Shown in pieces: positions 18,610 through 27,403 of a stretch of 64,000 nt of DNA (positions are counted from its first letter, which is position 1; every line of letters begins with the position of its first letter). This stretch comes from an uncultured delta proteobacterium (GTDB lineage Bacteria; Desulfobacterota; BSN033; UBA1163): assembly GCA_963827685.1 (NCBI GenBank), contig CAWHBU010000003.1, positions 32,001-96,000 of the forward strand, in the 5' to 3' direction. Below the pieces are notes generated by a model. It saw only the letters and a list, made by a program, of their open reading frames with translations. It was not told where the DNA came from and did no database searches. Both the position numbers and the translations under genes were made by a program.

Positions 18610-19422
18610 TTAAATGCATGTTCTTGAATATTCAATCTCCTCTAACAAAAGCAAGCCCGACACCGCATGGAATGTGCTCTCAATAAATGGAAAGCTGATA
18701 GGAGCTCTACCGAACCCCCCACCTTTGGTCTGACAGCTAAGAATATATTTCCGGCAGAGTTCTGTCTGGACAGGTGAAGAACCGAGCTTTGACAGAATCT
18801 CAAGGGCACAATAGGTGTTCTCCATATAGGAAGTAGTATCAGGATAGAATCCAAATCCCCCATCTCCATTCTGACAGAGTTGAACCCATTTAATGATTTC
18901 TCGCCTGTCGAAGTCTATGCCGTGATTCAACAGGATTGAAACCTTCTTTCTCAGGGTTTGCAAATTATCCTTTGGATGAAACTGAAGATAAGATAAAGAT
19001 TGGTGAGAATGTGGAGGTCCGTTAAGAAGTTTCTGAATCTCATCGGAAAAGTACTGAGCGTCGAGCACTTGAAATCTTGCCCAATCCCTCTCGAGAAGTT
19101 CGGTCAACAGAGGAGGGAAATCAATATCCAAAAAGAGATGAAGATAGACAAGCATGTAGATTGCCCTTGGGAAACCGACTTCCTTCCAACCGATATTCTT
19201 CAGGTAATTCCCGGTATTGTTCCGATCTACATCCACATCCAGGAATTGTAATATTCGAACGGCATAGTAGGTGTCTTCAATGTCGGGATAAAGTTCAGGG
19301 GCAAAGCTAAACCCTCCTTCCTTCTTCTCCCGATCTCTCAAATACCGGATGACCCTTGAGAGATCAAGCAGCCGACTCACCCCTCCAATTTCTTTTCTTG
19401 ATCCTTCAAGACCCTCGTTCAT
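18610..19422 (-). CDS. prenyltransferase/squalene-cyclase (alpha-alpha barrel) repeat protein
   Basis: Three repeats: EKKEGGFSF..DTYYA, CQNGDGGFGF..NTYCA, CQTKGGGFGR..STFHA. Confidence 0.85.
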   Translation of the reverse strand: MNEGLEGSRKEIGGVSRLLDLSRVIRYLRDREKKEGGFSFAPELYPDIEDTYYAVRILQFLDVDVDRNNTGNYLKNIGWKEVGFPRAIYMLVYLHLFLDIDFPPLLTELLERDWARFQVLDAQYFSDEIQKLLNGPPHSHQSLSYLQFHPKDNLQTLRKKVSILLNHGIDFDRREIIKWVQLCQNGDGGFGFYPDTTSYMENTYCALEILSKLGSSPVQTELCRKYILSCQTKGGGFGRAPISFPFIESTFHAVSGLLLLEEIEYSRTCI

Positions 19423-19483
19423 TTTCCGTGATCCTTATCGTTTTCAAAGATCCTCAAATAAAAAAACTTCTACCAGTAACCCA

Positions 19484-19540
19484 GTAGAAGTTATCAATCC
19501 TGTCTCAATAAAAGGACGGTTAAAGGCGAACCTCATCGCC
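19484..19540 (-). promoter_or_regulatory. fluoride riboswitch, intercistronic
   Basis: GGCGAUGAGGUUCGCC-UUUAACC-GUCCU..AGGAU-UGAUAACUUCUAC, followed by terminator AACUUCUAC/GUAGAAGUU and a U-run. Confidence 0.92.
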
Positions 19541-19577
19541 TCTGCCAATTAGTCTTCTGATGATGACCACTAAAGTC

Positions 19578-19838
19578 TTACGCTCTTTCTTCCTCCACTT
19601 CTCCAGTTTCGAATAAACACTCATCGCGTTCATAGTCATCCATCTGTGCAGCTCTTATTGATTCCCAACCCTGACGAAGATCGGGTGGTGAGACTTCTGC
19701 AATTTTCTGAGATAGTTCATCTCCGATGATTAGCTTTGTGAGTGAGATTACTGCCCGAGCTGCATGATCTGCCTGCTCTAAGTCTTTCAAATCAGCCATT
19801 TTCATCACAGCCTCAAGAAACTCTTTCCTCGTTTTCAT
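19578..19838 (-). CDS. DUF2267-like small protein (86 aa)
   Basis: SD GGAGGTG; EFLEAV...ADHAARAVI..L...I.......IAEVSPPDLRQGW pattern. Confidence 0.7.
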   Translation of the reverse strand: MKTRKEFLEAVMKMADLKDLEQADHAARAVISLTKLIIGDELSQKIAEVSPPDLRQGWESIRAAQMDDYERDECLFETGEVEEERA

Positions 19839-19890
19839 AACATCACCTCCTTTCTCCTCCCAAAATAAAAAAACTTCTACCAGGTAACCA

Positions 19891-19947
19891 GTAGAAGTCA
19901 TCAGTCCCCGATAAGAGGGGGGACATTTAATGGCGAACTTCATCGCC
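19891..19947 (-). promoter_or_regulatory. fluoride riboswitch upstream of the DUF2267-like gene
   Basis: GGCGAUGAAGUUCGCC-AUUAAAU-GUCCCC..GGGGAC-UGAUGACUUCUAC plus terminator; TTGACT-N17-AATAAT promoter-like sequence upstream. Confidence 0.92.
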
Positions 19948-20190
19948 GAGGCTCTGAGGTTAAAAATATTATTATCCAAAAAAATATTTAAGTCAATATT
20001 TTGATGAAAAACTCGGTCACCTAATGCCTTTTTTCACTTTCATTCCGAGGTCATTTAACTTGTAATCGGTATTCTTATTTTATTGACCTTTGTGATGAAG
20101 GTTAAACCGCAACAAAACTTAGTGATTTCAAAATATTTGACTATATTGCATAACTTTTCCGCTCTATCCTCGAACTACCTAAAATTTCCC

Positions 20191-20219
20191 TTGACAAAAA
20201 AAGTCTATTATTTTAGCAT
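20191..20219 (+). promoter_or_regulatory. sigma70-type promoter of the Wood-Ljungdahl cluster
   Basis: TTGACA-N17-TAGCAT. Confidence 0.55.
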
Positions 20220-20426
20220 GCCCATCGATATTGTGATTTTGGCCACATAAAGAATTTGACTAAAAATCCAGTTATTGTAACCGTTAAGAATCATCTTTCC
20301 ACAATCAAAAGAAGAGAAAGGGGGGATTGTTTAATTCCAAACCAAAATTCTTTGTTATTTGATAGATCGGAGTGTTTTAGGGAAAAAATTCAAAATAATT
20401 TTAGAAAGAAAGGGGGAGTAAGAAAC

Positions 20427-22214
20427 ATGGGTTTCAACATTTCAAAAAAGTATAATGAGGCGGACCCAAGAAAGCTTCCAGATTGGCAGGTTGCGGATAT
20501 AGCTGAAGAAACAATGCCCACTGTCGCCGAGTGGCAGGACAAATTGGGTCTCAAGAAGGACGAAATCATCCCGATGGGGAGGTTATGCAAGCTCGATTTC
20601 ATGAAGATTATTGATCGACTCAAAAGTAGGCCAGATGGAAAGTATATAGAAGTCACAGCCATTACTCCAACTCCGTTAGGGGAAGGAAAGACGACAACCT
20701 CTATGGGCTTAATGGAGGGATTAGGCAAAAGAGGAAAGAATGTCGGTGGTTGTATCCGCCAGCCTTCAGGCGGACCGACGATGAATATCAAGGGTACGGC
20801 TGCAGGAGGAGGAAAAGCCCTTCTCATCCCGATGACTGAATTTTCTCTCGGCCTAACCGGTGATATCAATGACATCACCAATGCCCACAACCTGGCAATG
20901 GTCGCTCTGAATGCTAGGATGCAACACGAACGAAACTATGACGATGCTGAACTCGCCAAGAGGAAACTCAAACGGCTCGATATTGACCCCGCCAACATCG
21001 AGATGGGCTGGGTCATGGATTATTGCGCCCAGGGTTTGCGGAACATAATCATGGGTCTTGGGGGCAAGATGGATGGTTTTCTCATGCAATCCAAATTTGG
21101 CATTACAGTGAGTTCGGAGCTAATGGCTATCCTTTCTATTGTGCGAGATCTGAAGGATTTACGGGAGAGGCTTGGAAAGATTGTCGTTGCCTATGATAAG
21201 AAAGGGAAGCCTGTCACCACTACAGACCTCGAAGTGGCAGGGGCCATGTGTGCATGGATGCGGAATACCATCAATCCTACTTTGATGATGACCACAGAAT
21301 ATCAGCCCTGTCTGGTTCATGCCGGTCCTTTTGCCAACATCGCTGTGGGCCAGTCTTCCATTATTGGCGACAGAATTGGTCTAAAGATGTTTGACTACCA
21401 TGTGACCGAGAGCGGTTTTGCTGCGGATATTGGCTTTGAGAAGTTCTGGAATGTGAAATGTCGGTTGAGCGGTTTAGTTCCCAATGTTTCAATACTGACG
21501 GCTACGATCAGGGCTCTAAAGATGCATGGCGGTGGGCCTAAGGTCGTGGCAGGACTGCCCATTCCTGAAGAATACACGAAGGAGAACTTGGCCCTTTTGG
21601 AGAAAGGGATCGTCAATATGACTCACCTGATCGGGGTGATCAAGAAATCAGGAATCAGTCCGGTCGTCTGTATCAATGCCTTCCACACCGATACGAAAGA
21701 CGAAATTGCAATGGTCCGAAAATATGCCGAGCAAGCAGGAGCGCGAGTTGCCCTTTCTGAGCACTGGCTCAAAGGAGGCGATGGAGCCCTTGAGCTGGCC
21801 GATGTGGTCATGGAGGCTTGCAAAGATAAACCCAATCTCAAATTTCTCTACCCGCTGGAGATGCCACTCAGACAACGGGTTGAGACAGTTGCCAAAGAAG
21901 TCTACGGAGCGGCTGGGGTCTCCTGGACACCCGATGCTGAAGCCAAAGCCAAACGGTTTGAAGCCGACCCAGCATTGAAGGATTTCAACACTATGATGGT
22001 AAAGACCCATTTGAGCCTGACTCATGATCCAGCTATCAAAGGAGTACCCAAGGGTTGGGTACTCCCGGTTCGTGATGTTTTAATCTTTGCCGGTGCAAAG
22101 TTCCTCTGCCCGATGACAGGCATGATCAGCTTGATGCCAGGAACCAGCTCTGATCCCGCGTTTAGAAGGGTAGATGTTGATGTGAATACCGGCAAAGTAA
22201 CGGGGCTTTTCTAA
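20427..22214 (+). CDS. fhs: formate--tetrahydrofolate ligase
   Basis: [39 protein letters not shown] motifs; SD GGGGGAG. Confidence 0.97.
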   Translation: MGFNISKKYNEADPRKLPDWQVADIAEETMPTVAEWQDKLGLKKDEIIPMGRLCKLDFMKIIDRLKSRPDGKYIEVTAITPTPLGEGKTTTSMGLMEGLGKRGKNVGGCIRQPSGGPTMNIKGTAAGGGKALLIPMTEFSLGLTGDINDITNAHNLAMVALNARMQHERNYDDAELAKRKLKRLDIDPANIEMGWVMDYCAQGLRNIIMGLGGKMDGFLMQSKFGITVSSELMAILSIVRDLKDLRERLGKIVVAYDKKGKPVTTTDLEVAGAMCAWMRNTINPTLMMTTEYQPCLVHAGPFANIAVGQSSIIGDRIGLKMFDYHVTESGFAADIGFEKFWNVKCRLSGLVPNVSILTATIRALKMHGGGPKVVAGLPIPEEYTKENLALLEKGIVNMTHLIGVIKKSGISPVVCINAFHTDTKDEIAMVRKYAEQAGARVALSEHWLKGGDGALELADVVMEACKDKPNLKFLYPLEMPLRQRVETVAKEVYGAAGVSWTPDAEAKAKRFEADPALKDFNTMMVKTHLSLTHDPAIKGVPKGWVLPVRDVLIFAGAKFLCPMTGMISLMPGTSSDPAFRRVDVDVNTGKVTGLF

Positions 22215-22236
22215 GAATAAGACTTCGATCCTCATA

Positions 22237-22281
22237 CTCCCCCCTCTCCCCCCTTTAAATAAATGGGGGAGAGGGGGGAGA
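22237..22281. repeat. C-rich/G-rich hairpin
   Basis: CTCCCCCTCTCCCCC-TTTAAATAAAT-GGGGGAGAGGGGGGAG; related elements at 55917..55975 and 60092..60186. Confidence 0.6.
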
Positions 22282-22345
22282 TTTAAAATTCCCAGTCCCG
22301 CCCCTATCGAAAATGAGGCGGGACTGAGTTATAATAAATTTATTC

Positions 22346-24361
22346 ATGCCGAAGCATAATGTAACTTTCCTACCCAGCGAAAGAAGGATTTCAGTAGATG
22401 AGGACGAGAACCTCCTTCAAGCCGCTATGGAGGCAGGAATTCATATCAATGCCTCTTGCGGTGGAAGTGCAACCTGTGGAAAGTGTAAAGTCAAGATCCT
22501 AAAGGGAGTGGTTGATTCTCCAAAACATCCAAAACTCACCCAGTGGGAATATGATCAAGGATTTCGTCTTGCCTGTTTGACACCGATTCGAGATGATCTC
22601 GATGTCGAGATCCCCATTGAATCACAGGTTGACAGATCTGTCCTTGCCCTCAAAGGTGATCGAGGGGCTCATAAATACCTCCTCTCTCCTCAGGATATCT
22701 ACCAACTCGTTAAAGGGTGGGATGTAGATCCATCGGTATTCAAAAGATATGTCCAACTCGACCCTCCTACTCTTAAGGATAATGTGAGCGACCTCACCCG
22801 TCTGATCAATGCCCTGGATCGGCAGCATGGCATTGAAGGGATTTCTGCTGACTTCCGTGTGATCATGAAGTTGAGTCGCATCCTTCGAGAATCGGATTGG
22901 AAGGTCACGGCTACGCTGGTTCTAACGAAAAAGGGCTATAAATTAGTCAATGTGGAACCTGGAGACAACACCCATCAAAACTATTCGATCGTTTTGGACA
23001 TTGGAACCACGACGATCTTTGGGCAACTTCTCGACCTCAATGGATGCGTGGTCTATGCCTGTCCCGGCGGCCTTTGTGATGGGTCCACCCTCTTCGCCTT
23101 AGCCGAAGCCTCGGATTACAATGCCCAGATCAGTTATGGAGAGGACGTCATCACTCGGATTGTCTATTCCCAAAGGCCTGGAGGACTGAAAAAAATGCAG
23201 GAGGTCGTTGTCTCCACCATCAACAAAATCATCCAGGAATTGCTCCAAATGAGCAAAATTGATCGATCCCTGATCTCCCATCTGGTGATTGCTGGCAATA
23301 CCACGATGACCCAACTCCTTTTAGGACTGGATCCAAAATATATTCGAGAAGCCCCTTATGTTCCAACAGCCAACTTCATCCCTCCGGTGAGGGCCGTCCA
23401 CCTGGGAATCGATATCGGCGATCATGTCCATGTCTATATCTTTCCGATGGTGGCAAGCTACGTAGGCGGAGATATTGTGGCAGGGATCTTGGGATCTGGA
23501 GTTTTTCAAAGAGAACCCCTCACGCTTTATATGGACATCGGCACCAATGGAGAGATTGTACTCGGAAACAAGGATTGGCTGGCCAGCGTCTCCTGCTCTG
23601 CCGGCCCTGCCTTTGAAGGCGCGGGAATTAAATTCGGGATGAGGGCGACCCGCGGAGCCATTGAAGAGGTCAGCATCAACCCTCGAACTTATGAACCAAT
23701 GATCCTCACCATTGGGAGGACAAAGCCCATCGGCATCTGCGGGTCGGGCCTGATTGACTCGGTGGCGGAGTTTTTGGAAACAGGGATGATCGACCAGAAT
23801 GGGAAATTCCGAAGAGACCTCCCTACAGATCGCGTTCGAATGGGACCGGACGGTTACGAATATGTCCTGGCGCGAAAAGAGGAGACTCTCATCCACGAAG
23901 ACATCGTTCTGACCGAGATTGATGTTGAAAATCTAATCCGCACTAAAGCGGCTATCTATGCCGGCTGTAAAGTTTTGTTGAGTAGTGTGGGATTGGATTT
24001 TAAGGATCTTGAGCAGATCATCATCGCCGGTGGATTTGGCCGCCATCTCGATTTAGAAAAGGCGATTTTCATCGGTCTCTTACCAGAGATCGATATCGAA
24101 AAATTTATGTTCGTTGGCAATGGCTCCTTGTTGGGGGCAAGGCTTCTCTCCTTCTCTAAGAACCTCCTGAAAGAGACGGAGCGAATTGCTTTGATGATGA
24201 CGAACCTCGAATTGAGCAATCACCCGACTTTTATGAACGAATTCATTGCAGCGATGTTTCTCCCCCACACGGAGGTCTCTGCCTTCCCAAAAGTGATGGA
24301 AAGGCTCTATGGGATGAAAAGGCAAGTCCGATCGGAGAGGATGGTTGAAGGACGGCTTTGA
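22346..24361 (+). CDS. acsV: reductive activator of corrinoid protein (RACo/AcsV; 2Fe-2S + ASKHA)
   Basis: CGGSATCGKC..RLAC ferredoxin domain; DIGTTT, YVGGD, DIGTNGE, AGPAFEG, GICGSG. Confidence 0.93.
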   Translation: MPKHNVTFLPSERRISVDEDENLLQAAMEAGIHINASCGGSATCGKCKVKILKGVVDSPKHPKLTQWEYDQGFRLACLTPIRDDLDVEIPIESQVDRSVLALKGDRGAHKYLLSPQDIYQLVKGWDVDPSVFKRYVQLDPPTLKDNVSDLTRLINALDRQHGIEGISADFRVIMKLSRILRESDWKVTATLVLTKKGYKLVNVEPGDNTHQNYSIVLDIGTTTIFGQLLDLNGCVVYACPGGLCDGSTLFALAEASDYNAQISYGEDVITRIVYSQRPGGLKKMQEVVVSTINKIIQELLQMSKIDRSLISHLVIAGNTTMTQLLLGLDPKYIREAPYVPTANFIPPVRAVHLGIDIGDHVHVYIFPMVASYVGGDIVAGILGSGVFQREPLTLYMDIGTNGEIVLGNKDWLASVSCSAGPAFEGAGIKFGMRATRGAIEEVSINPRTYEPMILTIGRTKPIGICGSGLIDSVAEFLETGMIDQNGKFRRDLPTDRVRMGPDGYEYVLARKEETLIHEDIVLTEIDVENLIRTKAAIYAGCKVLLSSVGLDFKDLEQIIIAGGFGRHLDLEKAIFIGLLPEIDIEKFMFVGNGSLLGARLLSFSKNLLKETERIALMMTNLELSNHPTFMNEFIAAMFLPHTEVSAFPKVMERLYGMKRQVRSERMVEGRL

Positions 24362-25104
24362 GCTTTACGATTGCGGTTTCAGGAAAAGGAGGAACGGGCA
24401 AGACCACCCTGGCTGGAATGATCATCCGCTTTCTATTGGACAAAGGGAAAGGTCCGATTCTGGCAGTGGATGCAGATTCTAATTCGAACCTCAACGAGGT
24501 CTTGGGCGTGGAGATCGGATCCACCATTGGCGAAGCCCGTGAGATGATGAAGCAGGATGTCCCGGTTGGGATGACGAAGGACATCTGGTTTGAATATAAG
24601 GTCCAGGAAGCCCTGACCGAAGCTAAGGGATTTGATCTCATCGCGATGGGACGTCCGGAAGGCCCAGGTTGTTATTGTGCGGCAAATACTTTAGCGAGAA
24701 AATGTTTGGATCTTTTGACAGGAAATTATCAATACATCGTCATCGATAATGAAGCCGGGATGGAGCATTTCAGCCGGCTGACGACTCGAGATGTGGATCT
24801 TCTCTTCATCCTCTCGGATTCCAGCCAAAGGGGTATCTTGACCGCTTCTCGGATTCGAGACCTCATCCATGAACTGGATCTCCGGATCGTTCGCGAGGTG
24901 TTGGTCATCAACCGGGTTCAGGGTGAACCAGGGCCTGAAATCTATGAGGAAGTGAAAAAACAAGATCTCGATTTGGGAGGAATCCTCCCTGTCGATGAAG
25001 AGGTTTACCAATACGATTCTGAGGGCAAACCGACCTTTCAACTCCCTTTGGAGTCAAAGGCAGTTCAATCCGCCCGCCGCATCTTCGAGAAATACATTCA
25101 GTAA
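24358..25104 (+). CDS. cooC: CODH/ACS nickel-insertion ATPase CooC/AcsF
   Basis: GKGGTGKTT, GPGCYC, DNEAGMEHFSR. Confidence 0.95.
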   Translation: MSFTIAVSGKGGTGKTTLAGMIIRFLLDKGKGPILAVDADSNSNLNEVLGVEIGSTIGEAREMMKQDVPVGMTKDIWFEYKVQEALTEAKGFDLIAMGRPEGPGCYCAANTLARKCLDLLTGNYQYIVIDNEAGMEHFSRLTTRDVDLLFILSDSSQRGILTASRIRDLIHELDLRIVREVLVINRVQGEPGPEIYEEVKKQDLDLGGILPVDEEVYQYDSEGKPTFQLPLESKAVQSARRIFEKYIQ

Positions 25105-25180
25105 GGGAGGCGCGGAAGATTTTACGATTCACGAGACACGTGACACGGATCACGATATTTTAAGGGGGGAGGTAAAAAAG

Positions 25181-26071
25181 ATGACGGCAAAATTGATTAG
25201 TGGCAATGAAATCGCTCAACAGATTCGGGAGGAACTCAAGCAGGAAACAGCTCGACTCAAAGAAAAACACAATGTCGTCCCGGGCTTGGTGACCGTCCTC
25301 GTAGGCGAAAACCCTGCCTCGGTGAGTTATGTGACGGCAAAGCAGAAGACCTCCAAGGAGTTGGGGTTTTACTCGATTCAGGATAACCAACCTGCCACCA
25401 TTAAAGAAGAAGAATTGCTCAAATTGATCGACAAGTATAATAAGGATCCTAAGATTCACGGTATTTTGGTTCAGCTTCCTCTGCCCAAGCACATCAATGA
25501 AACAAGAATCCTTTATGCCATTGATCCAAAAAAGGATGTAGATGGATTCCATCCGGTCAATGTTGGGAAATTGATGATCGGCGAGGCGGATTATCTTCCC
25601 TGCACTCCAGCAGGAATTCAACAGCTTCTCATTCGAACCGGTGCGAAGATTGATGGTGCAGAGGTCGTGGTCGTGGGAAGATCGAACATCGTTGGAAAAC
25701 CCATTGCCAATATTCTTCTGCAAAAGCAGAAAGGGGCCAATGCAACGGTAACTATCTGCCATACCGGGACAAAGGATATGTCTTTTCATACAAGGAGAGC
25801 GGACATCCTCATTGTGGCTGCTGGAAAGCCCAAAGCGATTACGGCCGATATGGTGAAGGATGGGGCAGTCGTCATTGATGTAGGCGTCAATCGGATTGGA
25901 ATGACCCCCGAAGGAAAGGCCAAACTCTGCGGGGATGTTGACTTTGACGGGGTCAAGGAGAAGGCCAGTGCCATTACCCCAGTCCCTGGGGGAGTAGGAC
26001 CGATGACCATTACAATGCTGATGATGAATACAGTAAAGGCTGCCAAAGTGGCGGCAGGCATAACAAGTTAG
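25181..26071 (+). CDS. folD: methylene-THF dehydrogenase/cyclohydrolase
   Basis: HGILVQLPLP, KDVDGFHP, PCTPAG, GRSNIVGKP, TPVPGGVGPMT. Confidence 0.97.
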   Translation: MTAKLISGNEIAQQIREELKQETARLKEKHNVVPGLVTVLVGENPASVSYVTAKQKTSKELGFYSIQDNQPATIKEEELLKLIDKYNKDPKIHGILVQLPLPKHINETRILYAIDPKKDVDGFHPVNVGKLMIGEADYLPCTPAGIQQLLIRTGAKIDGAEVVVVGRSNIVGKPIANILLQKQKGANATVTICHTGTKDMSFHTRRADILIVAAGKPKAITADMVKDGAVVIDVGVNRIGMTPEGKAKLCGDVDFDGVKEKASAITPVPGGVGPMTITMLMMNTVKAAKVAAGITS

Positions 26072-26178
26072 GAGTTCGGGGAATTCACGACTCACGCCTG
26101 CGTGCCGGAACAGTGGCACTTCGGCGTGCAGGCACGAATCACCAAATCACGAATAAGCATAGAAAGGAGGAGTTCAGC

Positions 26179-26391
26179 GTGTCTGACCAAATGGAAGAGA
26201 AGGTAACTTTTGATGGAAAGAAGGTAAAGGTATTGGGCCCCACTTTTGAGGAGGGAAAACCCGAGACCCCCATCAACTGGAGACAGAAGATGAGGAACCG
26301 GGATGAGATGCTCGCCTATCTCAAAACCGGGGAACGTTACTGGTTCAGCGAGGAGTGGTTTGGCAGTGAAAAACGAAAGACCAAAGCCTAA
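26179..26391 (+). CDS. small hypothetical protein (70 aa) in the acs cluster
   Basis: SD AAGGAGG before GTG; lies between folD and acsD. Confidence 0.75.
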   Translation: MSDQMEEKVTFDGKKVKVLGPTFEEGKPETPINWRQKMRNRDEMLAYLKTGERYWFSEEWFGSEKRKTKA

Positions 26392-26418
26392 ACATATAAC
26401 CAGAGGGAGGTGAATATC

Positions 26419-27366
26419 GTGGCATTCGAAATACCAAAGATTACTTATACAGGCAAGATAAAAGAAGTCACACTGGGAAAAGGACCAAAGGCGGTGACCG
26501 TGGGTGGGGAGACATCTTATCCCTTTCATCTGTTTGAGGGAGGGATGCCTCAAACTCCCCGGATTGCCATGGAGGTCTATGATACGCCTCCAGAAGAATG
26601 GCCTGAAGCGGCCTTGGAGCCCTACAAGGATGTGGTCAAGGACCCCGTGGCCTGGGCCAAAAAATGTGTTCAGAGTTATGGCGCAGAGCTGATCGCCCTG
26701 CAACTCGTCAGCACAGACCCAAATGGCCTCAATCGTTCGAGCGATGAGGCTGCTCAGACAGCCAAAAAGGTGGCCAGTGCTGTGGATGTCCCGGTAATTG
26801 TATGGGGAAGTGGAAATGCGGATAAGGACGCGGATGTTCTTCGGAAGGTTGCCGAAACATGTGATGGGATGAATCTCGTCATCGGGCCAGTGGTGGAAGG
26901 AAACTATAAACAGGTGGGCGCAGGAGCGATCGCATACAAACATACGGCAATCGCTTCCACTCCCATCGATATCAACCTGGCCAAACAGCTCAATATCCTC
27001 TTGGGAAATCTGGGCGTTCCGGATGGACAGATCATTGTCGATCCGACCACCGGTGGACTCGGATATGGAATTGAATATACCTATTCGGTCATGGAACGAG
27101 ATCGAATGGCTGCCCTCACCCAACAGGACGAGAGGCTTCAATTCCCTATTCTATGCAATATGGCCAAGGAGATCTGGAAGACCAAGGAAGCCAAGACGAA
27201 AACTGAAGATGCCCCAGCTTTGGGCGATGCCAAGAAGAGAGGAATTCTGATGGAGTCTGTCACCGCGATCGTCCTTCTTTTGGCAGGGGCCGATGTTTTA
27301 GTGATGAGACACCCTGAGGCCATCAAACTGGTCCGGGAGATGATTGCCGATTTTACGGCCAAATAA
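26419..27366 (+). CDS. acsD: corrinoid iron-sulfur protein small subunit
   Basis: DINLAKQLN, DPTTGGLGYGIEY, MRHP; SD GGAGGTG. Confidence 0.95.
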   Translation: MAFEIPKITYTGKIKEVTLGKGPKAVTVGGETSYPFHLFEGGMPQTPRIAMEVYDTPPEEWPEAALEPYKDVVKDPVAWAKKCVQSYGAELIALQLVSTDPNGLNRSSDEAAQTAKKVASAVDVPVIVWGSGNADKDADVLRKVAETCDGMNLVIGPVVEGNYKQVGAGAIAYKHTAIASTPIDINLAKQLNILLGNLGVPDGQIIVDPTTGGLGYGIEYTYSVMERDRMAALTQQDERLQFPILCNMAKEIWKTKEAKTKTEDAPALGDAKKRGILMESVTAIVLLLAGADVLVMRHPEAIKLVREMIADFTAK

Positions 27367-27403
27367 ATTTAAAAAAGGGGGAGGAAAACATAAGGAGGAT
27401 AAA

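Noticed and set aside
19839-19979. N-terminal extension of the DUF2267-like ORF given by the track
   Set aside because: It overlaps the riboswitch and terminator; a strong SD supports the start at 19838.
25160-27141. Long antisense ORFs (319 and 349 aa) opposite folD and acsD
   Set aside because: Shadows of conserved sense genes with no recognisable motifs.
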